From contig JAHPZH010000005.1 in NCBI GenBank assembly GCA_019058315.1, positions 32,001-96,000 on the forward strand: a DNA stretch of 64,000 bases, given 5' to 3'. Below the pieces are notes generated by a model. It saw nothing but the letters and a program-made list of their open reading frames with translations, had not been told where the DNA came from and made no database searches. The position numbers and the translations under genes were made by a program. Positions 58,962 through 64,000 of this stretch are shown here, in pieces. How positions within the stretch are numbered: position 1 is the first letter of the stretch; the number at the start of each line of letters is the position of its first letter. This DNA is from Candidatus Helarchaeota archaeon. Lineage in GTDB: Archaea; Asgardarchaeota; Lokiarchaeia; Helarchaeales; RDOG01.

Positions 58962-59888
58962 TCAATCCTTTCTACTTAATAAATTTTCAGCTTTATAGTG
59001 TATAATTGTTGCTCCATGCTTATAATATTCTTTTAATGTTATCCAATTTTTTGAAGGATATTCAAACTCTTTAAGAGATCCAAGTATAGAAGAACCAAGC
59101 CAAGAAGAATATTGTTCAGCTTGAGTGATTTTAATAGGAAAGGTCGCTAAATTTTCTAATTCCTTTTGTAATCGTGCTTTCATACCCTTAATTTTTAACC
59201 CTGATACTATTATGTTCTTGGATAAATCTTCTCTAATAGTTGAATCTAGTTTCATTAGGGTATCAAAAATTTCTACGTCCAAAGGTTTTATCTTATCTTT
59301 ACCCGTCATTTTAGGTTTAAAATAGATTTCTGGAGCTAAAAATAATTCATCTAATTCGAGTGTAGTACCATCAGGTAATGTATAAGATTTTTTACTACTT
59401 TCCTTATCAGGATCTAGTGCTACAAAACAAAGTTTTTCGCGAATATCTCTTAAAATTTCCCTTTCTGCTGAAGTACGAAAATCATAACTCTTTTTTTTTA
59501 GGATCTTTTGTAGATAACTCGTTACATCTTCAATTCCTAAATCTATTTTTTTGATAAAATCAGTTAATGGGTAAGAATCCCAAACTGGTACGATATAAGT
59601 TGGATTTTTTAACCTAATAACTAACCCAGTAGTTTTTCCAACACACATTGCATCTGCCAAAGCTGCATTGACTAAAAGTATAGCCGGAATATTAAAATCT
59701 TCAAATAGAAAGCTACAAATCTTTTCCCTTTGTGACCTAGAAGTTAGTGGATGCTCGATAAGGATTAATCCGTGTTCAGATGGATCGATTTTTAAATCAT
59801 TATAGAAAATATAATGAACAAATTTCTTTATAGCATTAAAATCGACTATTTCTTCATTAATTATTGGAAATGTATTTCTTAAAACCAT
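58962..59888 (-). CDS. Divergent, N-terminally truncated actin-family protein
   Basis: FYNDLKIDPSEH, REKI..FLFEDFNIPA, TSAEREILRDIREKLCFVALD, SYTLPDG, YSSWLGSSILGSL, WITLKEY..HGATIIHYK all match actin from about residue 65 onward. Confidence 0.92.
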   Translation of the reverse strand: MVLRNTFPIINEEIVDFNAIKKFVHYIFYNDLKIDPSEHGLILIEHPLTSRSQREKICSFLFEDFNIPAILLVNAALADAMCVGKTTGLVIRLKNPTYIVPVWDSYPLTDFIKKIDLGIEDVTSYLQKILKKKSYDFRTSAEREILRDIREKLCFVALDPDKESSKKSYTLPDGTTLELDELFLAPEIYFKPKMTGKDKIKPLDVEIFDTLMKLDSTIREDLSKNIIVSGLKIKGMKARLQKELENLATFPIKITQAEQYSSWLGSSILGSLKEFEYPSKNWITLKEYYKHGATIIHYKAENLLSRKD

Positions 59889-59894
59889 AAGATT

Positions 59895-60914
59895 TCACCT
59901 CAAAAATTTTTGTAACAACTCTTTCATACTCTTCGGAAGTTGTCCATTAGATTCTAAATCTAAAATAAAATCTTCTACAAGATCTACTTGGCTTAGTGCT
60001 ATGGCAACAATGAGGTCTGGAATGTCTGGAGTATTTTCCAGCATAAAATGTTCTCCTTGCGTGATATTTGCAATTTCTTTAAAGATTTTTTCAGTTTTAC
60101 TATCTTTTACAATTTGTATAGTGTAAACTTTAACCTCATTAGAAGCTAACTTTTTTGATTCTTCTCTCCAATTCAATTTCTTTGGACATTGGGAAGGATC
60201 GTGTGGGGGAGCGTCCGCGATTAATATTGCGATCTTTTTAACATTTACCCATTGAAAATCTTGAAGAGAGCTTAATGCATCCTCAACCGCCTCTGGAATA
60301 TCTCCCCCACCATCTGCAGTCCATTCCTTTATAAAACTTGTTAGTTCTGAATAATATTGGGATTCTGTAAACGGGTAACATTTTAGTAAATAAGAACTTT
60401 CTTCGTCACAATGATCACGATAGGTTAAGGCACCAATTCGAACTCCTGGAATTTTTTCTGATAGAAAGTAAAGCATTCTAGCAATTTCCTTTTTTATGGC
60501 CCCAAGAGCAGATCCCATAGAACCTGTAGAATCAGCCACTACAACTAAGTCAAGCATTCCTAAAGATTCAATCTTTTCTTTTATCATTCTACACATATCT
60601 TTGTCATTTAAAGATTCCATAAAAGCTAAAGCTCGTTGATAAGCCTTGTAAGCATAACCCATCTTTTTTATTGATTCAAATTCTCTAGCAGCCTGTAACA
60701 TTGTTTTTCCGGCTTTTTCAGGTTCTCCTTGTTTATCTTGTAATGATGCTATCGAAACTAGAGTAATTACGGCTTGTAGCTTTAGATTTCGATTAATAAA
60801 TGTTTCACGTAATTTCATATAATTATTAATAGCTTTTTTCCAAGCTTTATTTTCCATTTTCAGGCAAATTTTATCCGAAATCGCTTTCAATTCATACTCA
60901 ATTTCACTTAACAT
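59895..60914 (-). CDS. TPR/SNAP-like helices + VWA domain protein (paralog B)
   Basis: LDLVVVADSTGSM MIDAS, YRDH, GGGDIPEAV, ILIADAPPH. ATG 60914 aligns with the paralog start. Confidence 0.88.
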   Translation of the reverse strand: MLSEIEYELKAISDKICLKMENKAWKKAINNYMKLRETFINRNLKLQAVITLVSIASLQDKQGEPEKAGKTMLQAAREFESIKKMGYAYKAYQRALAFMESLNDKDMCRMIKEKIESLGMLDLVVVADSTGSMGSALGAIKKEIARMLYFLSEKIPGVRIGALTYRDHCDEESSYLLKCYPFTESQYYSELTSFIKEWTADGGGDIPEAVEDALSSLQDFQWVNVKKIAILIADAPPHDPSQCPKKLNWREESKKLASNEVKVYTIQIVKDSKTEKIFKEIANITQGEHFMLENTPDIPDLIVAIALSQVDLVEDFILDLESNGQLPKSMKELLQKFLR

Positions 60915-60936
60915 TCCATTATCACAATCCAAGGAA

Positions 60937-61965
60937 TCATATTAATTCTTTAAGGAGCTCCCTTTTACTTTCTGTGAGTTTTCCTTCAGATTCTATATCA
61001 ATAATAAAATCTTCTGCTAAATCAAATTGATGTAATGCTATTGCTACGATTAGATCTGGTAAATCAGCTGTGTCGGATAAAAGAAAAGATTTTGATTCTG
61101 TTATCCTAGCAATTTCTTTGAAACTTTCTATAGTTCTCACATCATTACCACAAATCACAGAATAAACTTTTATTTCATCATTTGCTAATTTTGCAGAAAT
61201 TTTTTTCCAGTCTAATTTATTAGGACATTTTTCAGGGGGGTGTGGGGGTTCATCAGCTATTAATATTGATATTTTTTTAACAGATTCCCATTCGTAACCT
61301 TTTTGAAGGTAGTCTAATGCGTCTGCAACTGCCTCACCACCATCTCCACCCCCACCATCAGGCACCCAGCTATCTACAAAAGAAACCAATTTGGCTATTT
61401 CAGAAGATACTTGTTCAATGAATGGTTGAGCTTTAATCAGATAAGAAGTATTTTCGTTACAGTGGTCTCGGTAAGTTAAAGCACCTATACGAATGCCTGG
61501 GATTTTATCTGACATCTTATATAGCATTTTCGCTATTTCTTTTCTAATAGAATCAAGACCACTTCCCATCGATCCTGTAGAGTCGATCACAATTACTAAA
61601 TCTAGCATTCCGAGAGATTCTATTTTCTGCTGAATATTTTTTACTTTACCAATTTGATCACATGATATCATAAGGTCTAGAGCTCTTTGATATGCCTTGA
61701 ATGCATAACCCATTTTTCTATGTTCTTCGAATTCATTAGCAGCACTTAACATAATATTTCCAGCTTTTTCGACCTGACCAATCGTTTCTAACAACGAAGC
61801 AATACTCACAAGCGTTAAAGTGGCTTGAGAGTTTAATTTAGCTTCAAGAAAATGCTCACGTATTCTCTCATAGTCTTTAATTGCAACGATCCAAGCTTTA
61901 TTGCACATATTAAAATGAATTTCTTCTGATAATGTATTCATTTCATATTCTATTTCTTTTAGCAT
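60937..61965 (-). CDS. TPR/SNAP-like helices + VWA domain protein (paralog A)
   Basis: LDLVIVIDSTGSM, YRDH, GGGGDGGEAV, ILIADEPPH. Confidence 0.88.
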   Translation of the reverse strand: MLKEIEYEMNTLSEEIHFNMCNKAWIVAIKDYERIREHFLEAKLNSQATLTLVSIASLLETIGQVEKAGNIMLSAANEFEEHRKMGYAFKAYQRALDLMISCDQIGKVKNIQQKIESLGMLDLVIVIDSTGSMGSGLDSIRKEIAKMLYKMSDKIPGIRIGALTYRDHCNENTSYLIKAQPFIEQVSSEIAKLVSFVDSWVPDGGGGDGGEAVADALDYLQKGYEWESVKKISILIADEPPHPPEKCPNKLDWKKISAKLANDEIKVYSVICGNDVRTIESFKEIARITESKSFLLSDTADLPDLIVAIALHQFDLAEDFIIDIESEGKLTESKRELLKELI

Positions 61966-61981
61966 TTTGAATTACAGACCT

Positions 61982-64000
61982 TTACTCTATTTGGAGTATA
62001 TTTACTGAAGAGTTTGCTCTTAAATCTACATTATACATTGGATAACCCACCGTCTCCTTTACAATTATTTCTCCCGGTTTTGTTGCAGTCATATTATAAG
62101 TTAAGGTTATTGATCCATCCAATTCATTTAGATAAAGATTCAATTTGTCACTAGTTAATTTATATGATGTGATTTGATATTCTTCCACCAGTTTCTTTAA
62201 TGATTGTTCCACAACTAAAAAACCAGCGGGGATAGGTTCCTCTATTGCAAACATTCCCTGTTTTTCGGTTGTTGTTATATTAAGTTTAACACTTATGGAA
62301 TCATTCTGTGCAACTTTATTTGAACTGAAATCTCTTGTTATTGTTAACATTTTGGGTTTTAGAAGATATTCTTTAGGATACCATGCTTCTATTGTTAAAT
62401 CGTACACTAATAAGCCCTCACCATTCTTTTCTAATATCAATTTATTTTCAGAATTTAGATTATCTAACGGAATATTTCTCATATCATAAACAATATGTTC
62501 TAAAGTGTCTTCATTTACTTCGAATTCTCCTATTACCTGTTTATTAAAAATTGCCTGTGTTAGAAAATTCGTTTTTTCGCTTCTTGCGCAATTAGAAAGA
62601 CAAAGAATAGCGGCTATAGTATCTGATGTTGTACTCCATCCACCACCTTTAGCGCGATTAGCCATAATATAATTTAAGACCCTTTGAACATTTACTGGAT
62701 CTCCTCCTGCAATATTTAAAGCTAGTGCAGCATAAGCTGTAGATTCAACTTTTCCAGCTAGTGATGAACCAACGTCCCAATAGACGAAATCGCCTTCATT
62801 ATGAGCTGATGTATTTAATTTTTCTATAAGGAGGTTCAATTCCTTATTGTATTTATTTGACCCTTCTTTAATGATGTCGATTATTAAATAGGCTAATAGG
62901 TTTGGGTCGTTCGTTCTCTTTGAGGAGAGGATAGCGTTTGATATAATATTTTCTAAAGCTTTGTCAATAATTTCTTGATTTACGTTATATCCAGCTTTTT
63001 TAGCCTCGAGTAATGCTTGTATAACATACGCTGTACAGAAGTCTTTCCCTCGTCTATTTGATTCCCAAGTCCCTTGAGAAGTTTGTATTTTCTTTAATTC
63101 TTCTATTGCAGCATTAATTAGTTTTTTTTCTATAAAAAATCCCGAGTTAATTGTATAAGCCAAACCAAACAATACATAGGCTGTAGTGAAAGGCTCTGAT
63201 TGCTCATTTCCCCAATATCCCCAACCACCACGGTCATTTCGAAGACTTATTAATTGTTGAATACCCTTAGTTGTCATTTCTTCAAATTGTTCTTGGAATT
63301 TGTTAGTAAGCATATTATTTTCTTTTAGCAGATTGTAAACTAGAACGTTAGGTAAAAATTTCGACATAGTTTGTTCTACACAACCATGAGGATATCCTAA
63401 TATCGATTCTAATCCATCCATGCAACCCATTTGATAACCAGGTATCAATGAAAGGCGTGCTTTATAAAAAATTGCGTCTCTTGGTATAGTTGGAGATATA
63501 TTAATAATTTCATCTTCCAAAATAAGTCCCGTATATCTGAAAATATGAGGTTCTCCTTTAGGATTTATTTTTATTTTTTTTCTTAAGACATCAATATGCT
63601 TCGGTGTTTTAGCTTCGATCCAAAATGTCGCCTCACCTGGATTAATTGCTTTCAATTTGAAATCGAGACGTTTCATCCCATTTGCAGGAACGAGAATATT
63701 CCCTTTCGGTATGTCAACTTTTAATTTATATTTATCAGCATTTAAATTAACGTTACATTCTAAGTTTTCTTTTGTTAGATTTGTCAAAATTATTCCAAGT
63801 TGAATATTATCTCCATGAGTTAAAACTGGTGGGATATCAAGTTTTGCAAAAAAATCTTGTTTAACTGTAATTCTATGAGTTCCCATACCTATCTCACAAT
63901 CTTTTGTACTTGCAAACACTGTCAACTCATGACTTGTTATCTGATCTGGTAGCTCTGTTTCTAGCATAGATTGACCATCTGATTCTAGGAATGGAATCCA
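61982..64000 (-). CDS. Alpha-2-macroglobulin / thioester-containing protein (5'-partial)
   Basis: Frame open to the window edge (WIPFLESDGQSMLETELPDQIT). FFAKLDIPP.L..GD, YPHGCVEQTMS thioester (63371-63385), GGWGYW, VESTAYAALA, GGWSTTSDT, IEEPIPAGF, YPMYN. Confidence 0.93.
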   Translation of the reverse strand, partial: WIPFLESDGQSMLETELPDQITSHELTVFASTKDCEIGMGTHRITVKQDFFAKLDIPPVLTHGDNIQLGIILTNLTKENLECNVNLNADKYKLKVDIPKGNILVPANGMKRLDFKLKAINPGEATFWIEAKTPKHIDVLRKKIKINPKGEPHIFRYTGLILEDEIINISPTIPRDAIFYKARLSLIPGYQMGCMDGLESILGYPHGCVEQTMSKFLPNVLVYNLLKENNMLTNKFQEQFEEMTTKGIQQLISLRNDRGGWGYWGNEQSEPFTTAYVLFGLAYTINSGFFIEKKLINAAIEELKKIQTSQGTWESNRRGKDFCTAYVIQALLEAKKAGYNVNQEIIDKALENIISNAILSSKRTNDPNLLAYLIIDIIKEGSNKYNKELNLLIEKLNTSAHNEGDFVYWDVGSSLAGKVESTAYAALALNIAGGDPVNVQRVLNYIMANRAKGGGWSTTSDTIAAILCLSNCARSEKTNFLTQAIFNKQVIGEFEVNEDTLEHIVYDMRNIPLDNLNSENKLILEKNGEGLLVYDLTIEAWYPKEYLLKPKMLTITRDFSSNKVAQNDSISVKLNITTTEKQGMFAIEEPIPAGFLVVEQSLKKLVEEYQITSYKLTSDKLNLYLNELDGSITLTYNMTATKPGEIIVKETVGYPMYNVDLRANSSVNILQIE

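Noticed and set aside
59889-60940. Selenocysteine or stop readthrough fusing VWA genes to each other or supplying the actin N-terminus
   Set aside because: The TGA at 60937 is out of frame with the next gene. The TGA at 59895 is in frame with the actin ATG two codons later, but it lies at the same C-terminal position as the paralog's stop and within an SD motif, and the upstream sequence is not actin-like. No evidence for readthrough.
341-62489. Many short ORF-track entries antisense to or nested in longer genes (e.g. 341-523, 1932-2312, 6102-6539, 9745-10152, 39999-40550, 43895-44233, 55716-56120)
   Set aside because: Shadow ORFs of well-supported genes, with no motifs of their own.
1-64000. 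tRNA/rRNA genes, transposases, integrases, prophage
   Set aside because: No GC-rich structured RNA segments or mobile-element motifs seen by eye; tRNAscan/Infernal were not run.

Overview
AT-rich archaeal DNA, almost certainly an Asgard archaeon (Lokiarchaeia-like). The assignment rests on the density of eukaryotic-signature proteins: longin and roadblock domains, a Bet3/TRAPP-V4R pair, a Sec23/24-like protein, SNAP-like helical repeat proteins, a Rab-like GTPase, a Vps29-like phosphoesterase and an actin homologue. Archaeal housekeeping genes are also present (tetraether lipid synthase Tes, Mrp/ApbC, sirtuin). About 50 CDSs were found; both terminal genes are truncated by the window edges. 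No rRNA, tRNA, CRISPR array or transposase was recognised. Two loci stand out. (1) 58962-64000 (minus): a tightly packed operon of an alpha-2-macroglobulin/thioester protein (GCVEQ), two paralogous helical-repeat-VWA proteins, and an N-terminally truncated actin that has lost all nucleotide-binding motifs. (2) 48180-58536: a signalling cluster with a SAP-like/longin protein, a 1570-aa single-pass surface protein with a cytoplasmic longin + helical-repeat tail, a Rab-like GTPase, a PAS/GAF histidine kinase and a response regulator with a uDENN/longin-like output domain. All family calls come from motif recognition by eye; no database searches were run.
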